From an uncultured Phocaeicola sp. (GTDB lineage: Bacteria; Bacteroidota; Bacteroidia; Bacteroidales; Bacteroidaceae): 64,000 nt of DNA. A program made the position numbers and the translations under genes. Every line of letters begins with the position of its first letter. Position 1 is the first letter of the stretch. Where the stretch lies: assembly GCA_964469845.1 (NCBI GenBank), contig CAYXZF010000002.1, positions 1,031 through 65,030 of the forward strand. The letters run 5' to 3'. The notes under the pieces are model-generated. The model saw only the letters and a list, made by a program, of their open reading frames with translations. It did no database searches and was not told where the DNA came from. Positions 37,895 to 46,621 of this stretch are shown in pieces.

Positions 37895-38656
37895 CTACTT
37901 AGTTTCCAATGCAAATAATTCAAAAGTCATAAAATCTTCAGACTGGTCATAGTTCATTTGGTAGTCGCGACTGATATACAAACCATCTTTGTGGATAAAG
38001 AATACATACGAATTATAGATGCTTTCCGGGAATAGCGTTTCGCCTATCACCTCGAAATCTTTGTTCAATATAAGAACAGAAAACTTTTTTCTGCCATATA
38101 CAGACTTTCCCCACCAATTGACGTGCGTATCCAGTTCCACGCGAGGATAGGCGAAACGATAATAGACGTCTCTGTAAGGGTCATAAACAACATCGCCATA
38201 ACGAGCTACTTCCAAATTGGAACGAGGACCGTTTTCATCCATTTTCTGCGGTTGGGTAGCGTCCTGAATGTATTGGCTTTTCGCTTTGACCATCTTTACG
38301 TCCGAATGGTTTACAGAAGCGACCACCAAATCTTCGTCCACATAAAAAGAGTAAATAAACCGCCGGCCGTCATAAATACGTCCAAAGCGCAAATCGCCGG
38401 AATCTTTCTCTTTGTCTGTCAATACGCTGTAAGTAATCGGAAAATCTTCATAAGTCTGCTTTACCGTATCCAAAGCGACAGAAAGCGGGGTTTCATCCAA
38501 CGGATGGTATTGTTCTACTCCGGGTTGGGTGATAAACATCTTTCCGTCAAGGAAGACCGGGGCGGTATAAGGATGCGAAGAGGGGGTGTACGAAGACAAG
38601 ATTTTATATGGACGATCAGTCGTTCCATAAGGTATTTTTTGGACTGCATCACCCAT
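37895..38656 (-). CDS. Hypothetical protein. It resembles the C-terminal part of Bacteroidales beta-propeller lipoprotein families (DUF4221/TolB-like) but lacks a signal peptide.
   Basis: 253-aa ORF rich in aromatic and beta-strand residues, with its own -7 box just upstream. The family assignment is recollection only. Confidence 0.5.
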   Translation of the reverse strand: MGDAVQKIPYGTTDRPYKILSSYTPSSHPYTAPVFLDGKMFITQPGVEQYHPLDETPLSVALDTVKQTYEDFPITYSVLTDKEKDSGDLRFGRIYDGRRFIYSFYVDEDLVVASVNHSDVKMVKAKSQYIQDATQPQKMDENGPRSNLEVARYGDVVYDPYRDVYYRFAYPRVELDTHVNWWGKSVYGRKKFSVLILNKDFEVIGETLFPESIYNSYVFFIHKDGLYISRDYQMNYDQSEDFMTFELFALETK

Positions 38657-38678
38657 GTCGTTTCAGCTATTAAAATCG

Positions 38679-38686
38679 CAAAGATA
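38679..38686 (-). promoter_or_regulatory. -7 box TATCTTTG (minus strand) for the 37895-38656 gene
   Basis: CAAAGATA on the plus strand, about 25 nt upstream of the ATG at 38656. Confidence 0.45.
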
Positions 38687-38828
38687 TAAACTCAAACCAA
38701 TAAAATTGCTATTTTGAAGAGATATTTTCCAACAAAAAGTTATTTGTGTAAACAATCAAGCGTCTAAAACATGGTATACCCATCCGGAAGGCTGTCTAAA
38801 CAGGCTCAGTATTTTAGAATGACAGATT

Positions 38829-39112
38829 AAGGCTTCACTCCTGCCACCTGTCTTTAACTCGTTGATAACCAATATCTCAGTGTGAAAGGAGAGTGAATAA
38901 TCTCCTTTCACCCCTTCACACCCACCCGGTGGGGCACTGCCGAAAGTCACCCATCGCGGCATTTTACGACGAAACCCGGCACCGGATGAAGCAGTCGCAA
39001 GTAAAACGCCTTGGTGAATGGAGTGAAAGGGTGAAAGGAGATTATTCACTCTCCCTTCACACTGAAAAACTGGTTATCAACAAGTTAAAGACAGGTGACG
39101 GGAGTGAAGCCT
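38829..39112. repeat. 284-bp nested inverted-repeat element (MITE/PATE-like or structured RNA locus)
   Basis: The arms at 38829-38919 and 39023-39112 are reverse complements (about 90 percent identical by eye) around a 103-bp spacer. Each arm holds its own 11-bp hairpin (GTGAAAGGAGA N8 TCTCCTTTCAC at 38882-38911, mirrored at 39031-39060). Confidence 0.85.
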
Positions 39113-39200
39113 TTTTAAAGATACTATGATGTGTAGATAATTTTAAGGCACTCCGCACATCTAATTTGATTGCCGGCATGGGTGCCATATGTTTCCTATT

Positions 39201-39245
39201 AAAAAACGCCGCCGCAAAAATAAAAAAATGCGGCGGCGTTTTTTA
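39201..39245. terminator. Bidirectional intrinsic terminator
   Basis: AAAAAA CGCCGCCGCA N12 TGCGGCGGCG TTTTTT. GC-rich 10-bp stem with A and T runs on either side. Confidence 0.85.
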
Positions 39246-39260
39246 AATTCTCCTAAGAGT

Positions 39261-39383
39261 TTACGATTCTACAAACACAGCCGTACCACCGGCTGTAACC
39301 ATCAGCATACTTCCGTTTCCGCCCACGGTTTCAAAATCCAAATCCACGCCCAAATCGACAATAACCAACCTCAAAAACGACAT
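39261..39383 (-). CDS. Micro-ORF encoding a 40-aa acidic peptide (MSFLRLVIVDLGVDLDFETVGGNGSMLMVTAGGTAVFVES)
   Basis: ATG at 39381-39383 and TAA at 39261-39263. A consensus promoter lies 24 nt upstream and the strong terminator lies 15 nt downstream. Below the ORF-track size cut-off. Confidence 0.45.
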   Translation of the reverse strand: MSFLRLVIVDLGVDLDFETVGGNGSMLMVTAGGTAVFVES

Positions 39384-39406
39384 ACATTTTTTCCCCATAA
39401 CGAATA

Positions 39407-39437
39407 CAAAAATATCCCCGCCGTTTTGCCGTTCAAA
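39407..39437 (-). promoter_or_regulatory. Promoter for the micro-ORF (-7 TATTTTTG, 19-nt spacer, -33 TTTG on the minus strand)
   Basis: CAAAAATA at 39407-39414 and CAAA at 39434-39437 on the plus strand. Confidence 0.5.
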
Positions 39438-39455
39438 AAAACTACGTTATATTTG
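39425..39455 (+). promoter_or_regulatory. Promoter for tex (-33 TTTG, 19-nt spacer, -7 TATATTTG)
   Basis: TTTG at 39425-39428 and TATATTTG at 39448-39455, about 55 nt upstream of the ATG at 39511. It overlaps the divergent micro-ORF promoter. Confidence 0.55.
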
Positions 39456-39510
39456 TGTAACGAAACCAAAATCCGAAGATGATAGCGGTTCACAACCAAC
39501 CGATAAAAAT

Positions 39511-41634
39511 ATGAAACAATTTCCACCCATGATTGCAACGGCACTGAACATCGCCGTGCGTCAAGTTGAAAATACACTGGCGCTCCTCGAAGAGGGAGCG
39601 ACCGTTCCTTTCATCAGCCGTTACCGCAAGGAAGCGACAGGCGGACTGGATGAAGTGCAAATCGGAAATATCAAAGAGCGACATGACAAGCTCACCGACA
39701 CAGCCAAACGAAAGGAAACAATCCTCAAAACCATAGAAGAACAAAACAAGCTGACCGCCGAACTGAAGAAACGCATCGACGCTTGTTGGGATGCCACCGA
39801 ACTGGAGGACATCTACCTGCCCTATAAACCTAAGCGGAAGACCCGCGCCGAGACTGCCCGACAGAAAGGTTTGGAGCCGTTGGCTGCCATCTTGATGATG
39901 CAACGGGAGAAGAATCTGTCTGTTCGCGTGCGTACCTTTATAAAAGGTGAAGTCAAGGACGAGGAGGATGCGCTGAAAGGTGCCCGCGACATCATCGCCG
40001 AACAGGTGAGCGAGGACGAACGCTCGCGCAACCGACTCCGCAACCAATTCCGACATCAGGCCGTCATCACCTCGAAGGTGGTGAAAGGAAAAGAGGAAGA
40101 AGCCGCCAAGTTCAAGGATTACTTTGACTTCAGCGAACCGCTGAAACGATGCACCTCGCACCGACTGCTGGCCATGCGCCGGGGAGAAGCCGAAGGTTGG
40201 CTGAAAGTGAACATCACGCCGGATGACGACACCGCCACCGAATGGCTGGAACGGATGTATGTGCGAGGCACAGGCGAATGCAGCCGACATGTCGGGGAAG
40301 CCGTCCGCGACGCTTACAAGCGACTGCTGAAACCTTCGATAGAAACCGAGTTCGCCACCCTCAGCAAGGAGAAAGCCGATGAAGAAGCGATTCGTGTGTT
40401 TGCCGGCAATCTGCGACAGTTGCTGCTGGCACCGTCCCTCGGACAGAAAAGGGTGATGGGCATAGACCCGGGGTATCGCACGGGCTGCAAGGTGGTGTGC
40501 CTCGATGCGCAAGGCAACTTGCTGCACAACGAAACCATCTATCCGCATCCGCCCAAAAACGAATACGGCATCGCCGCCCGCAAACTGACCCAACTGGTGG
40601 AACAATACCAAATAGAAGCGATTTCCATCGGCAATGGCACCGCCGGCCGCGAAACGGAAACCTTCGTCACCGACCTGCAATACGACCGCAAAGTGCAAGT
40701 GTTTGCAGTGAGCGAGGACGGCGCTTCCATCTACTCCGCTTCCAAAACGGCGCGCGAGGAATTTCCCGACTACGATGTCACCGTCCGCGGTGCCGTGTCC
40801 ATCGGTCGCCGCCTGATGGACCCGCTGGCAGAGTTGGTAAAGATTGACGCCAAATCAATCGGTGTAGGTCAATATCAGCACGACGTGGATCAGACAGCCT
40901 TGAAGAAGTCGCTGGATCAGACGGTGGAAAGCTGCGTCAACTTGGTCGGCGTGAACGTGAATACCGCCAGCCGGCATCTGCTCACTTATGTGTCGGGACT
41001 CGGCCCTACCCTCGCCCAAAACATCGTGGACTATCGCGCCGAGCACGGACCTTTCAACTCGCGCAAGGAACTGATGAAAGTTCCTCGCATGGGAGCCAAA
41101 GCATTTGAGCAATGCGCCGGTTTCCTCCGCATTCCCGGCGTCAAGAATCCGCTGGACAACTCCGCCGTACACCCCGAAAGTTATGCGGTGGTGGAACATA
41201 TCGCCAAGGACATGAAGTGCTCGGTGGAAGACTTGATGAAAGACAAGACCCTACGAAGCAAAATAGACATTACAAAGTATGTGAATGACAAGGTAGGTCT
41301 CCCCACCCTGACCGACATCCTGACCGAGCTGGAAAAGCCGGGGCGCGACCCCCGCCAACAAATCCGGATGTTTGAGTTTGACCGCAGCGTAAAGACCATC
41401 GACGACCTGAAACCCGGCATGACACTGCCCGGCATCGTGACCAACATCACCAACTTCGGCTGCTTTGTGGATGTAGGCATCAAGGAAAACGGGTTGGTAC
41501 ACGTGTCGCAACTCGCCCGCAAATATGTGAGCGACCCCACTACGGTGGTAAGCATCCACCAGCACGTACAGGTAAAGGTTATCGGCATCGACCGCGAACG
41601 AAAACGCATTCAGTTGAGCATGATATCGGACTAA
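39511..41634 (+). CDS. tex: Tex-like transcription accessory protein (YqgF/HhH/S1 domains)
   Basis: 707 aa. N-terminal VPFISRYRKE motif, central RuvC/YqgF-like GIDPGYRTGCK, and a C-terminal S1 domain GIVTNITNFGCFVDVG. Confidence 0.93.
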   Translation: MKQFPPMIATALNIAVRQVENTLALLEEGATVPFISRYRKEATGGLDEVQIGNIKERHDKLTDTAKRKETILKTIEEQNKLTAELKKRIDACWDATELEDIYLPYKPKRKTRAETARQKGLEPLAAILMMQREKNLSVRVRTFIKGEVKDEEDALKGARDIIAEQVSEDERSRNRLRNQFRHQAVITSKVVKGKEEEAAKFKDYFDFSEPLKRCTSHRLLAMRRGEAEGWLKVNITPDDDTATEWLERMYVRGTGECSRHVGEAVRDAYKRLLKPSIETEFATLSKEKADEEAIRVFAGNLRQLLLAPSLGQKRVMGIDPGYRTGCKVVCLDAQGNLLHNETIYPHPPKNEYGIAARKLTQLVEQYQIEAISIGNGTAGRETETFVTDLQYDRKVQVFAVSEDGASIYSASKTAREEFPDYDVTVRGAVSIGRRLMDPLAELVKIDAKSIGVGQYQHDVDQTALKKSLDQTVESCVNLVGVNVNTASRHLLTYVSGLGPTLAQNIVDYRAEHGPFNSRKELMKVPRMGAKAFEQCAGFLRIPGVKNPLDNSAVHPESYAVVEHIAKDMKCSVEDLMKDKTLRSKIDITKYVNDKVGLPTLTDILTELEKPGRDPRQQIRMFEFDRSVKTIDDLKPGMTLPGIVTNITNFGCFVDVGIKENGLVHVSQLARKYVSDPTTVVSIHQHVQVKVIGIDRERKRIQLSMISD

Positions 41635-41668
41635 CCGGCTATTTTGAATAACAAACATTTCAAGAATC

Positions 41669-42451
41669 ATGGAAAAAGAACAATACAAATGGTTCGTCTT
41701 TTACAAAGACCAACTTTTGATGGAACAGCAACCCGATGGCTATCACATCCCCACCGCCGCAAAACCACCCGTGAAAATTCCCGTAGGAAGCACCGTTCAC
41801 ACCATCGGCGAAATGGAGGGAACGCCCTGCAAGACTTACGCCCTGCACACCCCAGTATCGGGCGAAGAGGCTCCGGCGAGAATCATGATAGGACTGCGCG
41901 CCTCGTACGACAGCCTGCCGTTTGACGAATACTACAAAGCGGGCAAGGCATTCCAGATATTGAACTGGGACCGGAACACCCGCTTCTGTCCGGCGTGCGG
42001 CGTACCGACCGCGCCCATTTCCGCCATCGGGAAAAAGTGTCCGGAGTGCCGACAGGAGTTTTATCCGCATATCTCGCCGGCCATCATCGTGCGCATCACG
42101 AAAGGCGACAGCATCCTGCTGGTTCATGCCCGCAATTTCCGAGGCACGTTCTACGGACTGGTAGCCGGCTTTCTGGAAGCCGGCGAAACCCTGGAAGAGT
42201 GTGTGCACCGCGAAGTGATGGAGGAAACGGGGCTGCGCATCAAGAATCTGAAGTACTTTGCCAGTCAGCCGTGGCCCTACCCCAGCGGCATCATGATAGG
42301 CTTCACCGCCGACTATGAAAGCGGCGTCATCAAACTGCAAGACGAAGAACTGAGTGCCGGAGCATTCTACACCAAAGACAACCTCCCCGAAATTCCGAAG
42401 AAGCTGAGTCTGGCAAGAAAGCTCATCGATGACTGGTTAGAAAAAAGATAA
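41669..42451 (+). CDS. nudC: NADH pyrophosphatase (Nudix, zinc ribbon)
   Basis: CPACG..CPEC zinc ribbon and Nudix box GFLEAGETLEECVHREVMEETG. 260 aa. Confidence 0.88.
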   Translation: MEKEQYKWFVFYKDQLLMEQQPDGYHIPTAAKPPVKIPVGSTVHTIGEMEGTPCKTYALHTPVSGEEAPARIMIGLRASYDSLPFDEYYKAGKAFQILNWDRNTRFCPACGVPTAPISAIGKKCPECRQEFYPHISPAIIVRITKGDSILLVHARNFRGTFYGLVAGFLEAGETLEECVHREVMEETGLRIKNLKYFASQPWPYPSGIMIGFTADYESGVIKLQDEELSAGAFYTKDNLPEIPKKLSLARKLIDDWLEKR

Positions 42452-42498
42452 AGCGATGATTATTTCTTCATTCCATATTTTCTTCCTACTTTTGTGGT

Positions 42499-44160
42499 AT
42501 GGAATGGTTGAATAATCTATTTTATGAGCATAGCGCCCTGCAAGCGGTCGTCATATTGTCCGCCATCATCGCCGCGGGGCTGGGACTTGGCAAAATCAAG
42601 CTGTTCGGTGTTTCCCTTGGAGTGACTTGCGTATTCTTCGCGGGGATTCTTGCCGGGCATTTGGGTTTCTCCATCGACCCCGACATGCTGAATTATGCCG
42701 AAAGTTTCGGCTTGGTACTTTTTGTTTATGAACTGGGGCTGCAGGTAGGTCCCGGCTTTTTCAGTTCGTTCCGCCGAGGAGGCGTACAACTCAACATGTT
42801 AGGCATGGGCGTTATTCTGTTGGGCACACTGATGGCCGTCTTCATCAGCAAGACCGGAGGCATACCGATGAACGACATGGTAGGCATCCTTTGCGGAGCC
42901 ACGACCAACACCCCGGCACTGGGTGCCGCCCAACAGACACTGAAACAGATGGGCGAACCCACCAGCGGAGCCGCGTTGAGTTGCGCCGTGACTTATCCGC
43001 TGGGAGTGGTCGGCGTCATCATCGCCATGCTGACCGTGCGAAAGCTGTTCGTCCGCAAGGAGGACATCGACGTGAGCGAGAGCGAAGGAACGGATCAGAC
43101 TTACATCGCCACCTTCAAGGTGCAGAATCCCGCCATCTTCGGTAAGAACATCAAGGAAGTGGCGGAATGGGCGGGCCAAAAGTTTGTCATCTCCCGCCTG
43201 TGGAGAGAGGACAAGGTGAGCACACCGAACTCCGAGACCCAACTGCAAGAAAACGACCGGCTACTCATCATCACCACAGACAAGGATGCCTCCCGACTCA
43301 CCATCCTCTTCGGCAAACAGGAACCGGAGGACTGGAACAAGCAGGGCATTGACTGGAACAGCATCGACAAGCAGCTGGAGTCAAGAGACATCTTCATTAC
43401 CCGACCGGGCATCAACGGCAAACGGTTAGGTTCACTCCGACTGCGAAACACCTACGGCATCAATATCAGCCGCGTAACCCGTAACGGCATTCGTCTGCTG
43501 GCCACTCCGGGACTGGTTCTCCAACTGGGCGACCGACTAACCGTGGTAGGCGAAACCGCCGCCGTACAAAAGGTGGAAAACGTATTGGGCAATGCCAACA
43601 AGAGTCTGAAAGACCCGAACCTTGCCGCCATCTTCATCGGCATTGTATTGGGATTGATACTGGGTTCCATCCCTATCGCCATACCGGGTGTAAGCACCCC
43701 CGTCAAACTGGGATTGGCCGGAGGTCCCATCATCGTCGGTATCCTTATCGGCAGCTTCGGCTCGCGTTTCCGGTTGGTGACCTACACCACCCGAAGCGCC
43801 AACCTAATGCTCCGAGGCATCGGTCTTTCGCTTTACTTGGCCTGTCTGGGACTGGATGCGGGCGAACACTTCTTCGCCACCGTCATGCGCCCCGAAGGAG
43901 CCGCTTGGATAGGCATCGGCTTTGTCATCACCTTCCTCCCCGTGGTACTGATGGCTCTGTTCGCCCTGCGCGTCTGCCGGCTGGACTTCGGAAGCACCTG
44001 CGGCATGTTGTGCGGAAGCATGGCCAACCCGATGGCGCTGAACTACGCCAACGACACCCTGCCCGGCGACCATCCGGCAGTAAGTTACGCCACGGTTTAT
44101 CCGCTCGCCATGTTCAGCCGGGTCATCATCGCCCAAATCATTTTAATGTTCTTTATTTAA
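42499..44160 (+). CDS. YidE/YbjL-family (AAE) transporter with two TrkA-C domains
   Basis: 553 aa. Duplicated membrane halves separated by a soluble region containing two RCK_C-like repeats. Confidence 0.85.
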   Translation: MEWLNNLFYEHSALQAVVILSAIIAAGLGLGKIKLFGVSLGVTCVFFAGILAGHLGFSIDPDMLNYAESFGLVLFVYELGLQVGPGFFSSFRRGGVQLNMLGMGVILLGTLMAVFISKTGGIPMNDMVGILCGATTNTPALGAAQQTLKQMGEPTSGAALSCAVTYPLGVVGVIIAMLTVRKLFVRKEDIDVSESEGTDQTYIATFKVQNPAIFGKNIKEVAEWAGQKFVISRLWREDKVSTPNSETQLQENDRLLIITTDKDASRLTILFGKQEPEDWNKQGIDWNSIDKQLESRDIFITRPGINGKRLGSLRLRNTYGINISRVTRNGIRLLATPGLVLQLGDRLTVVGETAAVQKVENVLGNANKSLKDPNLAAIFIGIVLGLILGSIPIAIPGVSTPVKLGLAGGPIIVGILIGSFGSRFRLVTYTTRSANLMLRGIGLSLYLACLGLDAGEHFFATVMRPEGAAWIGIGFVITFLPVVLMALFALRVCRLDFGSTCGMLCGSMANPMALNYANDTLPGDHPAVSYATVYPLAMFSRVIIAQIILMFFI

Positions 44161-44173
44161 ACACATAGCAAAC

Positions 44174-46171
44174 ATGAATGCATACAGCCAAATCACCCCT
44201 GAAATGATACAGGAAGACCTGCGCTACCTGCAATTGCTTTCGCGCAGCTTCCCGACCATAGCCGACGCAAGTACGGAAATCATCAACTTGGAAGCCATCA
44301 TCAACCTGCCCAAAGGTACCGAGCACTTCCTGGCCGACCTGCACGGCGAATACGAAGCTTTCCAACACGTACTGCGTAACGCATCGGGAGCCATCAAACG
44401 GAAAGTGAACGAAATTTTCGGGAACACTCTCCGCGAGAACGAAAAGAAAGAACTTTGTACCTTAATCTATTATCCCGAACAGAAACTGAACTTAATCAAA
44501 TCGGTAGAAAAGGATTTGGACGACTGGTATCAGACAACCTTGTATCAGCTGGTGGCGGTATGCCAAAACGTATCCTCGAAGTACACCCGTTCCAAGGTTC
44601 GCAAGTCGCTCCCTACCGAGTTCGCATACATCATCGAAGAATTGCTTCACGACAATTCGATGCTGCCCAACAAGCAGGCTTACATCGGAGTCATCATCAG
44701 CAGTATCATCAGCACCCGCCGGGCCGATGATTTCATCACCGCCCTGTGTAACCTGATTCAAAGGCTGACCATCGACACCCTCCACATTTTGGGCGACATC
44801 TTCGACCGAGGTCCCGGTCCGCATCACATCATGGACATTCTGTGCAACTATCACAACTGGGACATTCAATGGGGAAACCACGACATCTTATGGATGGGAG
44901 CCGCCGCCGGCAATGACATCTGCATGGCCAATGTGGTGCGCTTCGCCACCCGCTTCGGCAACGTAAACGTACTGGAAGACGGTTACGGCATCAGCCTGCT
45001 CCCGCTCGCCACCTTCGCCATGGAGACGTATGCCGATGACCCATGCGCCTTGTTCGGCCTGCGTCCGGTGCCCGGCGAAACCATCAGCAATCCCAAGACG
45101 CTCCGCATGTTGGCACAGATGCACAAGGCCATCAGCATCATCCAGTTCAAACTGGAAGCCGAAACCATCCGCCACCGTCCGGAATTTGGAATGGACGACC
45201 GCATGCTGCTCCACCGCATCGACTTCCAACGGGGCATCATCACCATCGAGGGAAAAGAATACCCCATGAAGGACTGCAACTTCCCGACCATCTCACCCGA
45301 CGACCCGTACCGACTGACGGAAGAAGAAAAGGAAGTGGTGGCCAAGCTGCATCGCTCGTTCATCGGAAGCGAAAAATTACAGAAACACATCCGCCATATT
45401 TTCCGTTACGGATGCATGTACACCGTGGCTAACTCCAACCTGCTGTTCCACGCCTCCATTCCACTGAATGCCGATGGTTCGCTCCGCGAAATCGACATCC
45501 AAGGCAAAAAATACAAAGGAAAGGCACTGCTGGAAAAAGTGGGACACTTGATTCGAACCGCCTACTTCGTGGAAGAAGATACCGAAGACAAGCGTTTCGC
45601 CAAAGACTATGTGTGGTATCTGTGGTGCGGCAAAGATTCTCCGGCTTTTGACAAAACGAAAATGGCGACCTTCGAACGATACTTCCTCGACGACAAGGAA
45701 CAGCACAAGGAAGAAAAAGGTTATTACTACACCCTGCGCAACGATGAAAAAGTATGCGACATGATATTGGATGAGTTTGGCGTAGTGGGCAAGCACCGCC
45801 ACATCATCAACGGTCATGTGCCCGTCAAGACCCTGAAGGGCGAAAACCCCATCAAAGCCAACGGCAAGCTGATGGTAATAGACGGCGGGTTCTCCAAAGC
45901 CTACCACATGGAAACCGGCATTGCAGGATATACGTTGGTGTATCACTCGCGCGGCTTCCAGTTGGTACAGCACGAACCGTTCACTTCCATGCAGAAAGCC
46001 ATTGAGGAGGGACAGGACATCAAGTCTACGACACAGATTGTGGAACTAAGTTCGCAACGGGTTATGGTGAGGGACACCGACAAGGGACGGGAACTGATAA
46101 CGCAAATCGATGATTTGAAGAAATTATTGGTGGCTTACCGCATCGGCCTCATCAAGGAAAGAGCGTATTGA
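44174..46171 (+). CDS. fbp: Fructose-1,6-bisphosphatase class 3
   Basis: 665 aa. Metallophosphoesterase motifs LGDIFDRGP and WGNHD. Length and colinearity are typical of class III FBPase. Confidence 0.92.
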   Translation: MNAYSQITPEMIQEDLRYLQLLSRSFPTIADASTEIINLEAIINLPKGTEHFLADLHGEYEAFQHVLRNASGAIKRKVNEIFGNTLRENEKKELCTLIYYPEQKLNLIKSVEKDLDDWYQTTLYQLVAVCQNVSSKYTRSKVRKSLPTEFAYIIEELLHDNSMLPNKQAYIGVIISSIISTRRADDFITALCNLIQRLTIDTLHILGDIFDRGPGPHHIMDILCNYHNWDIQWGNHDILWMGAAAGNDICMANVVRFATRFGNVNVLEDGYGISLLPLATFAMETYADDPCALFGLRPVPGETISNPKTLRMLAQMHKAISIIQFKLEAETIRHRPEFGMDDRMLLHRIDFQRGIITIEGKEYPMKDCNFPTISPDDPYRLTEEEKEVVAKLHRSFIGSEKLQKHIRHIFRYGCMYTVANSNLLFHASIPLNADGSLREIDIQGKKYKGKALLEKVGHLIRTAYFVEEDTEDKRFAKDYVWYLWCGKDSPAFDKTKMATFERYFLDDKEQHKEEKGYYYTLRNDEKVCDMILDEFGVVGKHRHIINGHVPVKTLKGENPIKANGKLMVIDGGFSKAYHMETGIAGYTLVYHSRGFQLVQHEPFTSMQKAIEEGQDIKSTTQIVELSSQRVMVRDTDKGRELITQIDDLKKLLVAYRIGLIKERAY

Positions 46172-46185
46172 CTGTAAAAGCATCC

Positions 46186-46253
46186 AAACACAGAAACGCG
46201 GAGATTCAGAGTTTCTACATTTTGACTCTGCAATCTCCGCATTTCTGTGTTTG
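46186..46253. terminator. Bidirectional terminator (about 25-bp stem) between convergent fbp and panD
   Basis: AAACACAGAAACGCGGAGATTCAGAG pairs with CTCTGCAATCTCCGCATTTCTGTGTTT (one mismatch, one bulge). Confidence 0.7.
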
Positions 46254-46270
46254 AAATCAATCCGTAAGGA

Positions 46271-46621
46271 TTAAACCAATTTATTCGTCAAAGAATCGGG
46301 AAAGATGACCGAAGGCTTAAACGACTTCGCTTCTTCAAAATCCATTAAAGCATACGACATGATAATCACAATGTCATTCACCTGCACCTTGCGGGCGGCA
46401 GCACCATTCAGACAGATACAGCCCGACCCCCTTTCACCTTTTATTATATAGGTTTCAAAACGTTCTCCATTGTTATTGTCCACGATGGCCACCTTTTCGC
46501 CGACAATCAGATTGGCGGCATCCATCAAATCTTCGTCGATAGTGATGCTCCCCATGTAATTAAGATTGGCTTCGGTCACACGGGCGCAATGGATTTTGGA
46601 CTTCATCACTTCTATCAGCAT
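46271..46621 (-). CDS. panD: Aspartate 1-decarboxylase
   Basis: 116 aa. [26 protein letters not shown] includes the self-processing G-S site. Confidence 0.95.
   Translation of the reverse strand: MLIEVMKSKIHCARVTEANLNYMGSITIDEDLMDAANLIVGEKVAIVDNNNGERFETYIIKGERGSGCICLNGAAARKVQVNDIVIIMSYALMDFEEAKSFKPSVIFPDSLTNKLV

Noticed and set aside
37895-38656. Calling the 253-aa protein a truncated pseudogene of a ~380-aa beta-propeller lipoprotein disrupted by the neighbouring repeat element.
   Set aside because: An exact -7 box (TATCTTTG) sits about 25 nt upstream of its ATG, and no upstream remnant of an N-terminal region is visible. It may be a genuine shorter gene. The family assignment itself is only recollection.
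38920-39022. Invertible-promoter (phase-variation) interpretation of the inverted-repeat element.
   Set aside because: The 103-bp spacer contains no TAnnTTTG -7 box on either strand. The arms (about 91 nt) are much longer than typical invertase recognition repeats. No recombinase gene is adjacent. The idea is not excluded, but it is unsupported.
38756-39129. Two ORFs from the track (38756-39049 on the minus strand, 97 aa; 38893-39129 on the plus strand, 78 aa) whose products begin with the same MNNLLSP sequence and share a GDYSLS.HTE.LVIN.LKTG segment just before their divergent short tails.
   Set aside because: Their similarity is a direct consequence of the ~91-nt inverted repeat, since each strand reads the same arm sequence. 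There is no promoter box or coding-like composition. They are treated as artefacts of a DNA/RNA-level element.
39261-39383. Idea that the 40-aa peptide is a double-glycine-leader bacteriocin precursor (..LDFETVGG / NGSMLM..).
   Set aside because: Residues at the conserved leader positions (-4, -7, -8, -12) do not fit the consensus. No C39-peptidase ABC exporter or immunity gene is nearby.
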